Shown here: in pieces, positions 1 to 11,051 of the stretch
Position numbering within the stretch: position 1 is the first letter of the stretch
Layout of the letters: the number at the start of each line of letters is the position of its first letter
Source of the DNA: Narcine bancroftii
Lineage: Eukaryota
Assembly (NCBI RefSeq): GCF_036971445.1
Contig: NC_091471.1
Coordinates: 341,620,001 to 341,684,000, forward strand
DNA length: 64,000 nt
Direction: 5' to 3'
Translations under genes and position numbers: made by a program
The notes under the pieces: model-generated
Seen by the model: the letters and a program-made list of their open reading frames with translations, nothing else
What the model was told of the DNA's origin: nothing
The model's database searches: none

Positions 1-117
1 ATCAATATTAGATTGGTAAATTTGCCTTGGTTGGGCCTCTCTTTATTTTTTTATATGGATCTTGATGTGTGATTTTTTTAAAAATTGTTTTGATTAAAAC
101 TTGCTTACTTTAAAAAT

Positions 118-593
118 CCTCTTTGGCTTGGCTTCGCAGACGAAGATTTATGGAGGGGTAATGTCCACGTCAGCTGCAGGCTCGTTTGTGGCTGACAATT
201 CCGATGCGGGACAGGCAGACACGGTTGCAGCGGTTGCAAGGGAAAATTGGTGGGTTGGGGTTGGGTGTTGGGTTTTTCCTCCTTTGTCTTTTGTCAGTGA
301 GTAGTATATCCAACTGCATGAAAACCAACAAGGTCAGGTCAGATACAGCAATGAGCTCTCTGAACCCTCCTCCATTAACAATGGCGTGAAGCAAGGCTGC
401 GTTCTCGCACCAACCCTCTTTTCAATCTTCTTCAGCATGATGGTGAAACAAGCCATGAAAGACCTCAACAATGAAGACGCTGTTTACATCCGGTACCGCA
501 CGGATGGCAGTCTCTTCAATCTGAGGTGCCTGCAAGCTCACACCAAGACACAAGAGCAACTCGTCCGTGAACTACTCTTTGCAGACGACGAAC
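118..593 (-). mobile_element. RTE-clade LINE, 5'-truncated with an inverted RT segment
   Basis: 118-301 is the RTE 3' end on minus (CNRCNRVCLSRIGIVSHKRAC, tail gaagccaagccaaag). About 305-590 is an RT fragment on plus (KQGCVLAPTLF...LLFADD). 12-bp TSD tactttaaaaat at 106-117 and 594-605. Confidence 0.85.
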
Positions 594-1166
594 TACTTTA
601 AAAATGAAAAAGTGGAAAAATAGGTATGTATTTTTGATGGAGTTCTTTGAATGACTGGCAACCTGTCAGCATCAGATGTTTTTTGGATGGTGTTGTTTTA
701 TAATGGAGAACATTAGTTCCATAACAAATGTGTTGTTTACTTTAAGCGTGCAGAGTTGCTCAAGTACGGGAGGCTTAGATAGCTTTAAAAGGGGAGCATT
801 GGTTTCAAAACAAAGAGTGAAGACATCAAGGTGTGATTGACCATTCAAGAAATTAATATATCTGAAAACACCTTAAGTTGGAAACAGTCTGAATGATGGA
901 ATGGAGCTGAAACATGAAAGGGAGAGAAATGAATAAAAAGGCTAGTTCAGAAAGAATCCATGAGCAATTTGGCATAAGCTAGAGAAGGTCAAGCATATCC
1001 ATGATCGTGTCCATTCACCTTTCCTTGTGTTATCTACATTTCTCATTTATATCAATTTAAACATGTTTGTGGCAATTACAGAAGGTTTAACCATCATCAA
1101 ACATGAAATATTCTGCACCACAAGAAAATACAGTGGATTTGAAATTCTAAAACAGAATTTTGGAAG

Positions 1167-4100
1167 CAGGGCCAGTTTTAAGCCTATTTGACCAATTTGA
1201 TCAAATTGGGCCCCACGCCTCAAGGGGGCCCCGCGCACGTGTTTGAGACCAGGCCTTGAGCAGAGAACACTGTGACGGACTTCGTTTAAACTGGTAAGAA
1301 AATAGTAATACTATAGGCCTTATAAACTGAGGGATTTGTCATTGAACTTGTGAAGTTATTGCCTTTAATGGATCGTATTATCTCAGTGAAATATTTTTAG
1401 GAAATATGTCTTTGATTCAACTACTGGCTATAGGTCTCCTTTGTCTCCCTAGCCAAAAATGTCATGTTTCATATTCTTATTATTATCAAGATCAAAACAG
1501 GGTATAGGCTAATCAATAAGAGAACTTGTACTTTAATATGAGATTGAGATAGCGTCATGTAGGCCTAGGACCGAGCCTATAGCCTAGGCTTAAGCAGTTA
1601 GCCTGAACGTCAATAGCCTAGACCTAAGCGTAGAATTTCTGACAAGGTTAGCAATCGTAGATGGAATTGGTGAGGATATTCGGGTCTTGTATAGATGAAT
1701 AACCTCGAAGTTAGGTTAGTTTACGTTGATCTTTACTAGGCTAGGTCACTGTGGGGGTTATAGCCTACATCTTTACGAGCTGGTTTACAAGGTTATTCAG
1801 CTATAGGGGCATGTACTGTACATCTTGGGCTAATTCATCTTTACAAGATCCAGATATTCTTAGCAAGGTTGCCTCTGTCATTGTTTCATAATTTTGCAGT
1901 GGTTTGATTTAGTATCAACATAGTACTACGGTACTGTTACTAACTATGCTATTGCACTGCTAGGGCTTAATATAGTCTATTTCATCAGGTGATTTGGAAC
2001 AGGTGCAGTTTAGCTTGACCATGCGGAAATTGTTTTCTTCGGGGACGAATTTCATCCATTACACCCATCAGTTTTTCCGCTGATTTTCTAGCCAAATATC
2101 TAGCGACAAACTAGCGCTAGATATTTGACTAGAAAATCAACTAAATAAAATGGCAAAATTAAAGTGTGTCTCCCCATTCTGGAATGTAACCTTAACTAAC
2201 TAACCTAACCTAACTAACCAAACCGTTACTAAAAAAGGGCAATTCTTACCTTATTCGAAGTTGTCGTCGTTCAACAAATCCAGAATCGGTCGCTCGTTTT
2301 GCTGTTCTATGGCGTTCACAAGTTAAGAGTTGGGTGTGTTGTTCCAAGGTCAGCAGCTGACGTAGAAACAACGTAAAGCTAACGAGCAAAATGACGTGGG
2401 ATTGACGTTGGTTTCATACGTTGTACCAACGACGACGACAACATTGTTCCACTGTTGGAACAACGTAGACAGGTTATAACAAATTGCTAACGTCAATTTT
2501 TTTGTGTACTTTTAAGTCTAAACATTTTAAAACATACTTCTTTTACCTTTTTTAGCTTAAAAATACAGCCCAGAGAATTAGCATCATAAAATTTATAGGT
2601 CATTTTACATGCAAGCACAAGCAGAGATAGAGACAAAGGGCGCAAGTATTTAAGCGGCAACCAGAAACGAGCACTGGCCAAGGCTAAGGTAGCTGAAAAT
2701 GAAAAACATAGAGGTGCTATCACAAAATTCCTTGTCACTCCATCTTTGAAGTGCCCATGTACTGAGGATGAAGAAAACAAAAACAATTCAGAAAATGACA
2801 ATACAGCCTTGAGTCCAATTACAGTTGATGAATACAAAGATGAAATTGATAACAAGTTAGAAAAAGATGACGCACCTGTGAATCAAATTGAAGACAATCT
2901 CAATACACCAGAACACGGGGCCAAAGCGGAAAGACCAAGCCCAAACATCACGCAATGATGGATCATCCATGAGTACAATTGTAATTAACATTTATGATGA
3001 CCCAGCCAACTGGCCAGCATACATAAATCAAAATGTAAGAGATTATTTAACAATGAAAGGTCCCCCATTCCAGTGAACAACTTTCCACGAAATGGAAAAG
3101 GAATTTTTTTTTTCAAAGTTTCACTGTAAGAGAAAACTTTCAAATGGGGAGTGTGTTGAAAGACCTTGGATTATATACTCAGTCTGCTGATAGAATTTAT
3201 TGCTTTTATTGTAAACTTTTTAGTAAGAACACAACCAGTGCATTATCAACAAGTGGATTCAACAACTGGTCTAATCTTCATACAAGGTTGTGTGAGCATG
3301 AAAATTCTAAAAACCATTTGGAAGCCACATGGAATTTCTGGGAGTTACACCAAAGACTTTGTAGGGGACAGACAATTGACAAAGAACTTGAAATAATCGT
3401 CAATGAACATGCAAAGCACTGGCAGCAAGTATTCAAAAGGCTCGTAGCAATAGCGCAGTTTCTTGCTGAGAGAAATCTAGCATTTAGAGGAACAGAGGAA
3501 AAAGTTGGTAATGAGAGTGTACACAATGGAAAAGTCTTGTTGAGCTGTTTGGAAAGTTTGACCCTGTTCTTGAAGCACAGGAGAAGATTTATATAAAACA
3601 TTATTAAACACATTGAAGGAATTAAATTTAGAGGTGAAGGACATTAGAGGCCAAAGCTATGATAACGGTAGCAACATGAAAGGTCACACATCTGGAGTAC
3701 AAGCATGACTGTTAAAGGATAATTCAAGAGCTTTTTTTGAACCCTGTGCATGTCACAACTATAACCTTTTACTCGGAGATGTAGCCAAGTGTTGTCCAGA
3801 TGCTATAACATTTTTTTGGATCTTGCAAGGATCTACATATTGTTCTCAGCATCAACTAAGAGGTGGGCAGTTTTTAACAAACATGTACCCGGGTTATCAG
3901 TGAAACCCTTAAGCAACACAAGATGGGAGTGTCGGATTGATAGTGTTAAAGCCATTCGTTTTCAGGTTGGAGAAGTGTATGATGCACTTGTGGAAATATC
4001 AGAGCCCAAGGTAAAAGCAGAAGCTGAATCTTTAGCAAACCAGCTAAAAGACTACAAATTTTTAGAGTCTTTGATATTTTGGCATGAAGTACTTTTTAAA

Positions 4101-5121
4101 GTTAAATATGTAAGCAAGGAACTATAAGGTGAAACAAAGGACATTGATGAAGGCTTGGAGTCATTTGAAAAACTATTATCATGGCTAAGAATTTATAGAG
4201 AGGGCAGTTTTAATGATGTCCTAATAGGTGCAAATGAATTGGCTGAAGCTGTTGAATTACCACTGGAGTTTAGACAATTTCAAGAAAAAAAACTACGTAG
4301 AAGGAAGAGAATGTGAGACAAAAGATCAAGCTTTAGATGATCCAAAAGAAGCATACAGAGCTACAGTGCTAGACAAAGCTATTCAATCTTTAGAGCCTAG
4401 ATTTAAGCAGCTTAAAAGCCATGTAAAATTATTTGGACTTTTAAACAACTTTCAGAGCTTACAAAAGGCGGAAATAAGGAAACACACAGCAGACCTTGAA
4501 GCAGCTCTAACTGACACCTTACTAAAACTGAGCACTGATGGAGGGGTAATTTCTGAAACAACTAAAGATGTGGATGGCCATCTGTTGGACGAAGAACTTG
4601 AAAACTTTTCTTCCCTTCAGTGTCATTAAGCCTCAAGCTCTGTTTGAATACCTGGTAGTAAACAATGGATTCACAGCATTTCCTAATGTTTTTATTGCTT
4701 TGAGGATTTACTTAACAATGCCCATAACAGTCACATCGGGCAAAATAAGTTTTTCCAAACTAAAACTGATTGAAACATACTTACTGTCAACAATTTCACA
4801 AGAGAAACTAGACAATTTGGCGATGCTATCTATAGAAAATGATATTACTAAAACCATTGACTTTGAAATTATTTTGAAAGATTTTGCAAATAAAAAAGCC
4901 AGAAAATCTGTTTCTAAAAGACGTGCATAAACAGTATGTCTGTAATTGTCTTAACTTGTATTAAAAAATTAAAACCTTCATATTGTCTTTCATTATTTAA
5001 TGCTTTTTGGCTAAGACTGTCATACGACACAAAATATAAAACATCAATTTTGACTTTTGTAGAGTAGAGGCCCCGCTATCAATTTTCTAATTGGGCCCCG
5101 CAATTCCTAGCACCGGCCCTG
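1167..5121 (+). mobile_element. hAT DNA transposon (Tip100/ZMYM1-like), decayed autonomous copy
   Basis: TIRs cagggccag / ccggccctg, subterminal gggcccc motifs, 8-bp TSD tttggaag (1159-1166) / gttggaag (5122-5129), internal transposase remnants. Confidence 0.9.
2609..4930 (+). pseudogene. hAT transposase pseudogene (TTF-type zinc finger, DUF4371-like core, hATC dimerisation domain)
   Basis: Fragments in several frames: RKYLSGNQKR, DDPANWP, IYCFYCKLF, GFNNW, HENSKNH, LAFRG, GQSYDNGSNMKG, PCACHNYNL, LSNTRW, FPNVFIALRIYLTMPIT, SFSKLKLI, LAMLSIE. Many frameshifts and stops. Confidence 0.9.
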
Positions 5122-6424
5122 GTTGGAAGCACCTGAGGAAATGGCATTATTAACACTGTTCCCCTCCTGGAAGCTGATGCCTGACCTGCTGAGCATTTCC
5201 AGCACATTTCGATTCTATTCAGTTGAAAAATTTACAAAACTGAAAAGAGAAGCTTTTCATTTTCAATGGGCAAAGAGCCAAAGCAAAAAGAATTTTCCTG
5301 GCATTTAAGAGTTAAAGACAGTTGCAATGCATCGAATATCCAATGTGACAAGAAAAAAGTTTTTAAATTTTACCATTGTGATAACTTGAATTTGCCTCAG
5401 TATGCAAAGCATGCACTTATGCTTTGCATGTGTTGCCTATTCCTTTTAACACTTCTCCAGATGATGCAGATGAAATAGTATCCTCTGTAGGATTCCAGAC
5501 TGCCATATTAAAACAATTACTCTTTAACCTTGGCAGATTATGGAATTTATCAGAGAGAGGGTAGAATGCATTTGATATGACATACAAGCGACTTCCAGCT
5601 TTGTAGATGTTTTTAAACAAGTCCAAAGTGCCATGTGACTCTGTGCTGCTTTCTAGTGAGAATATATATAGCCCAGGAGCAATTGCCACAGTTCCAGCCA
5701 GCAATACTCAGAATTGTTTTTCACAATTTTCCCTCTGTCTGTGATTGGCTCGTGTGAGCTTGCTGTTCATGAAGGAGCGTGGATTGAAAATTTCACTAAA
5801 CACAGACTTCCGATGCTTGCATTGACTTGACCTTCAGTGAGTGGTGGTGGGCAGTTAAGTAGCTGACAAAAATGTGGAGACCCCAAGAATGTCTCCATCC
5901 TTCAGGCTTGGCGAGCCATGCCCACCTCCAAATGAATTATTATGCCCCCCCCCCACCCAGTTGCAGCACTAGCGTCACCAGGGGGGTTGAGGAGCATGCC
6001 AGGTGATGTCATCAGATGGTGTGTCGCCAAAATGAATCGTGGTTTCGTCTCCACGCGCTATAGGAATGTGCGTTGTCTGAAACACCAGAGGGAGGGGAAA
6101 GTGCGGCTGGATGATGGAAGGAGGAGGTCCATGGCAGGTATGATGAGTGAGTTCTTGAACGGCAGTTTGTTAACCCCCATGGTTAACTTAATGCCCCCCC
6201 GATTAGATCTCTTCTGATGCCAACTATGCCATCCTTAATGATGTCTTTCAAAGACAGGACAGAAGCGTTAAAGCCATACTGAAGAAGAAGGCCCTGTGTC
6301 AACTGTTACTGATAATAAAATATCAGACAAGAAAGAACAAAACAACTTGTAATGAATAAAACATGAACTCTTTCATTTTTAACAAGTCAGGCATGTAGCA
6401 AACCTGAGAAAATTAATGGGGAGA

Positions 6425-6820
6425 ACATTTCTAGAATGTTGCCTGGACTTCAGGAATTGAGTTACAGGGAAAGATTAAACAGGTTAGGACTTCAATCCCT
6501 GCCTCATAGAAGAATGAGGGGAGATTTGATAGAGGTATTTAAAATTAAGATTGAAGATAGGCAGTGCAAATGTAGATAGGCATTTTTCCACTGAGGGTAG
6601 GTGAAGTTTGAGAGTGTAAGGGGAAAAGTTTAGAGAGTTGTGGAATGTGGAACAAGCTGAATTTTAACATTTAATAAGAATTTGGACAGGTACGTGCATA
6701 GGAGAGGTATAGAAGCTATGGATTGGGTGCAGGTCAGTGGGACTAGGTAAAAAAATTGTTTTGGCACAAACTAGAAGACCAAAGGGGCCTGCTTCTGTAC
6801 TGTAATGTTCTATGGTTCTC
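6425..6820 (+). mobile_element. CR1-clade LINE 3' end
   Basis: RMLPGLQELSYRERLNRLGL and RMRGDLIEVFKI motifs, then a CR1-type 3' UTR ending gggcctgcttctgtactgtaatgttctatggttc. Confidence 0.8.
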
Positions 6821-7509
6821 TGTTGAATGCTTGTGGTTATAATCTTATGAAATTAATTTGTACAAAATTTATTATGCAAGGTGCACCAAGATTACCTTGT
6901 TACACAACAACAGGTTATTTTGCAGGTAATGATCCTGCTAAGTCTCTGGGAGTAACCTTAATGCAATGTATGGCAGCAAATCAACAACATGAGCACGTCA
7001 GTAAAAGCAATATATGCCCATGTAGAAGAGAGTTATTTGTACTTGTATATGGATGAAAGAATAAGTATCTCAACAGAAGAAGATTCACAATGGAAAGTGA
7101 TCACTAATCTCTGGGGGAAGATCTTGTACAGAGTGCCTAGTCAGCAAATCAACAGGGAATACTTAATAGTTGATGTTTTATTTTAACATACATAACATTG
7201 CAAAAAGAAGAGATTGCCGCTGAGATTACACTGAGGCTGAGGCAAACTATGGGAGCCAATTTGTTCACACATAACCAAGAACGTTATCTCATTATTGCAG
7301 TCTGCCGCTAAGAGTTCCCATTCATCAGAGCTTTCTGATCATATGGGGGGTAGTTCGGAATGAGGAGCTGGATTGTGGAGGGGGCCGTGTAGTTGCAGGA
7401 GTGCAGGAGGTAAGTCCGCAGACAATGTCTCTAAAGGGACTCTGTCTTGCTTCTCTTTCTTTTATTGGTAGGGGCATTGCGCGAGTGGCTTCTCTGACAA
7501 ATTGTGTGT

Positions 7510-9775
7510 ATTCTGTGCATGACAATAGAGGAATCAACGATGCCTCCCTTCCAGACAGACTGAACATCTTCTATGCACGGTTCGATGAGAAGAACAGGCT
7601 GACGACAAAGAAAACTCTGTGTCCCCCTGATGAAAAGGCCCCCTGCCTAGCCGTGGCTGAGGTGAGGAGAACTCTATCCAAGGTGAACTCACACAATGTG
7701 ATGGGACCAGATAACATACCCGGTCAGGTTCTGAAGGACTGCGCAGATCAACTGACAAGAGGGCCTTACAGACATCTTCAACACCTCACTACAGTCTCCA
7801 TTATCCCTGCGGGTTTAAAGACAGCCACCATCATCCCAGTACCAAAGAGGCTAACAGTAACAGGCCTCAATGACCACTGCACCATGTCACTGACCTTCAC
7901 CATTATGAAGTGATGAAGAATGGGTCAGGCTGCTATTCATTGACTTCAGCTCGGTGTTTAATATGATCATTCCCCAGAGGCAGATGGACTCAACAACCCT
8001 CTCTGCTACTGGATTCTGGACTGCAGAATGTAAGCACCGTCACGCTGAGCACTTGAACACCTCAGGGCTATGTGCTTAGCTTATTCCTGTTCATGCTACT
8101 GGCCCACGACTGCAATGCCAGATCCAGCTCCAACTGAGTCACCAAGTTTCCAGATGACACAACAATAATTGGCCTCATCAGCAACAATGATGAGTTGCAC
8201 TTCAGAGAGTAGGTAGAAATTCTTCTGATGTTGTGCAAGAATAACAACCTTAATCTTGCGGACAAGACAAAGGTGATGATTGTGAATTTCAGGAGGACCA
8301 GGAATGACCAACCTCCACTGCACATTAATAATTCAGGAATAGAGAGAGTAGAGAGCATAAAGTTTAACTCGTGACCTGTCTTGACACACAACATCTCCTC
8401 AATTGTCAGGAAAATGCAACAGTGACTGCACTTTCTGAGAAAATTGAGGTGGGGAAGGCTACCATCCACCATCCTGTCAAGTTTCTGCAGGAGTTCTATC
8501 GAGAGAATCTCGGCTGGCTGCATCACAGTGAGGTATGGTCGCTTGTGGAGCATTGGAATGGAGGTTAATCCACAGGATCATAAGAGCGACAGAGAGGCTC
8601 ATTGGAGTCTCCCCCTCCCCCATCGACATGATCTACCTGCATTGTTGTTTGAAGAGGCTGCACAACATCATTGAGCACCCTACACACAGCATCTTTCAGC
8701 AACTCCTGGGAAAGACATACAGATGTATCCGAGCCAGAATCACGAGACTGAGAATCAGCTTCTTGACATGGGCAGTCAGACTGCAGAGCAACTGAATGAA
8801 CTACTCATACTAACCCTCCGAACTCTACTATTTATGAAATCATATTTATTTATTTTTATATATGCATTATAGATCTTTGGCTTGGCTTCGCGGACAAAGA
8901 TTTATGGAGGGGGTAAATGTCCACATCAGCTGCAGGCTCGTTTGTGGCTGACAAGTCCGATGCGGGACAGGCAGACACTGTTGCAGGGGAAAATTGGTTG
9001 GTTGGGGTTGGGTGTTGGGTTTTTCCTCCTTTGCCTTTTGTCAGTGAGGTGGGCTCTGCGGTCTTCTTCAAAGGAGGTTGCTGCCCGCCAAACTGTGAGG
9101 CGCCAAGATGCACGGTTTGAGGCGATATCAGCCCACTGGCGGTGGTCAATGTGGCAGGCACCAAGAGATTTCTTTAGGCAGTCCTTGTACCTCTTCTTTG
9201 GTGCACCTCTGTCACGGTGGCCAGTGGAGAGCTCGCCATATAACATGATCTTGGGAAGGCGATGTCCTCCATTCTGGAGACATGACCCACCCAGTGCAGC
9301 TGGATCTTCAGCAGCGTGGACTCGATGCTGTCGGCCTCTGCCATCTCGAGTACTTCGACGTAAGGGATGAAGGCGCTCCAATGAATGTTGAGGATGGAGT
9401 GGAGACAACGCTGGTGGAAGCGTTCTAGGAGCCGTAGGTGATGCCGGTAGAGGACCCATGATTCGGAGCCGAACAGGAGTGTGGGTATGATAACGGCTCT
9501 GTATACGCTTATCTTTGTGAGGTTTTTCAGTTGGTTGTTTTTCCAGACTCTTTTGTGTAGTCTTCCAAAGGCGCTATTTACCTTGGCGAGTCTGTTGTCT
9601 ATCTCGTTGTTTTTTATATATGCATTATAGATACTGCTTATGTATCATTTGTATATGCATTATGTCTGGTTGTTTGCTTGCACATTTTTTTTTGCACCAA
9701 AGTCCGGAGAACACTGCTTTGTCGGGTTGTATTTGTGCAATCGGATATTAATAAACTTGAACTTAAATCTTGAAT
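7510..9775 (+). mobile_element. Rex1/Babar-type LINE remnant, interrupted by an RTE at 8875-9610
   Basis: LPDRLNIFYARFD, GPDNIPGQVLKDCADQL, KTATIIPVPK, KFPDDTTIIGLI. 3' tail aataaacttgaacttaaatcttgaa. Confidence 0.8.
8875..9610 (-). mobile_element. RTE LINE, 5'-truncated
   Basis: ORF C-terminus (RLPKIMLYGELSTGHRDRGAPKKRYKD...LSRIGLVSHKRAC). About 22-bp TSD tttttatatatgcattatagat at 8853-8874 and 9611-9632. Confidence 0.92.
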
Positions 9776-10105
9776 AGGCAAGATGAAGGTCTTGGAAGCC
9801 ACAACAACTGTAGTAATTGGTGATGATTTGAGTAAGAATCTGAGAATCTATTGTCATCTACATAAGTTCAATGAATAGATGTGTCAGCATAATTACTTAC
9901 TGAAGCCACAATGCAATACACCAAAAATAATAGCATAAATTAAAGTACCACAATATACCATTTGATAGAAAAAAGAGATGATCAAAATAAAAGGATAAAT
10001 ATTCACAGTTGCAGTTAGTCCAAAAAAAGTGAAGAATCAAAAAATGATTGGAAAGAGTGATCTGTCTCTATCACTGAGGGGAAATTTCTTCCATATTGTT
10101 GATAT

Positions 10106-10924
10106 CTTTGGCTTGGCTTCACGGACGAAGATTTATGGAGGGGTATGTCCACGTCTGCTGCAGGCTCGTTGCTGACTGACAAGTCCGATGTGGGACAGGC
10201 AGGCACAGTTGCAACGGTTGCAAGGGAAAATTGGTGGGTTGGGGTTGGGTGTTGGGTTTTTCCTCCTTTGTCTTTTGTCAGTGAGGTGGGCTCTTCGGTG
10301 GTCTTCTTCCAAGGAGGTTGCTGCCCGCCGAACTGTGAGGCGCCAAGATGCACGGTTGGAGGCGAGATCAGCCCACTGGCGGTGGTCAATGTGGCAGGCA
10401 CCAAGAGATTTCTTTAAGCAGTCCTTGTACCTCTTCTGTAGTGCACCTCTGTCTCGGTGGCCAGTGGAGAGCTCGCCATAGAACACGATCTTGGGAAGGC
10501 AGTGGTCCTCCATTCTGGAGACGTGACCCACCCAGCGCAGTTGGGTCTTCAGCAGCATGGATTCGATGTTTGCGGACTCTGCCATCTCGAGTACTTCGAT
10601 GTTGGTGATGAAGTCATTCCAATGAATGTTGAGGATGGAGCGGAGACAGCGCTGATGGAAGCGTTCTAGGAGCCGTAGGTGATGCCGGTAGAGGACCCAT
10701 GATTCGGAGCTGAACAGGAGCGTGGGTATGACAAAGGCTCTGTACACGCTGATCTTTGTGTGTTTCTTCAGGTGATTGTTTTTCCAGTCTCTTTTGTGTA
10801 GTCTTCCAAAGGTGCTATTTGCCTTGGTGAGTCTGTAGTCTATCTCTTTGTCGATCCTTGCATCAAATGAAATGGTGCAGCCCCCCCCACATCTCCATCG
10901 GGCACACAGAACTCAAAACAGTCA
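10106..10924 (-). mobile_element. RTE LINE with a short 5' inversion
   Basis: 204-aa ORF (YRAFVIPTLLFSSESW, LERFHQRCLRSIL, QLRWVGHV). Inverted PPHISIGHTELKTV segment at 10881-10924. TSD tgttgatat at 10097-10105 and 10925-10933. Confidence 0.92.
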
Positions 10925-11051
10925 TGTTGATATACATATTAAAAAAAACACATTTATTGAAAGTGAGAGCAATGTTGCTCTGTTAAGTGCACACTTAATG
11001 TTCCATTACCTTGAAAAGTAATTCAAATGTTTTTATTCAAAATTTTATCGT

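Noticed and set aside
5958-6228. GC-rich island that may be a hAT MITE
   Set aside because: TIRs are too degenerate and no TSD could be assigned.
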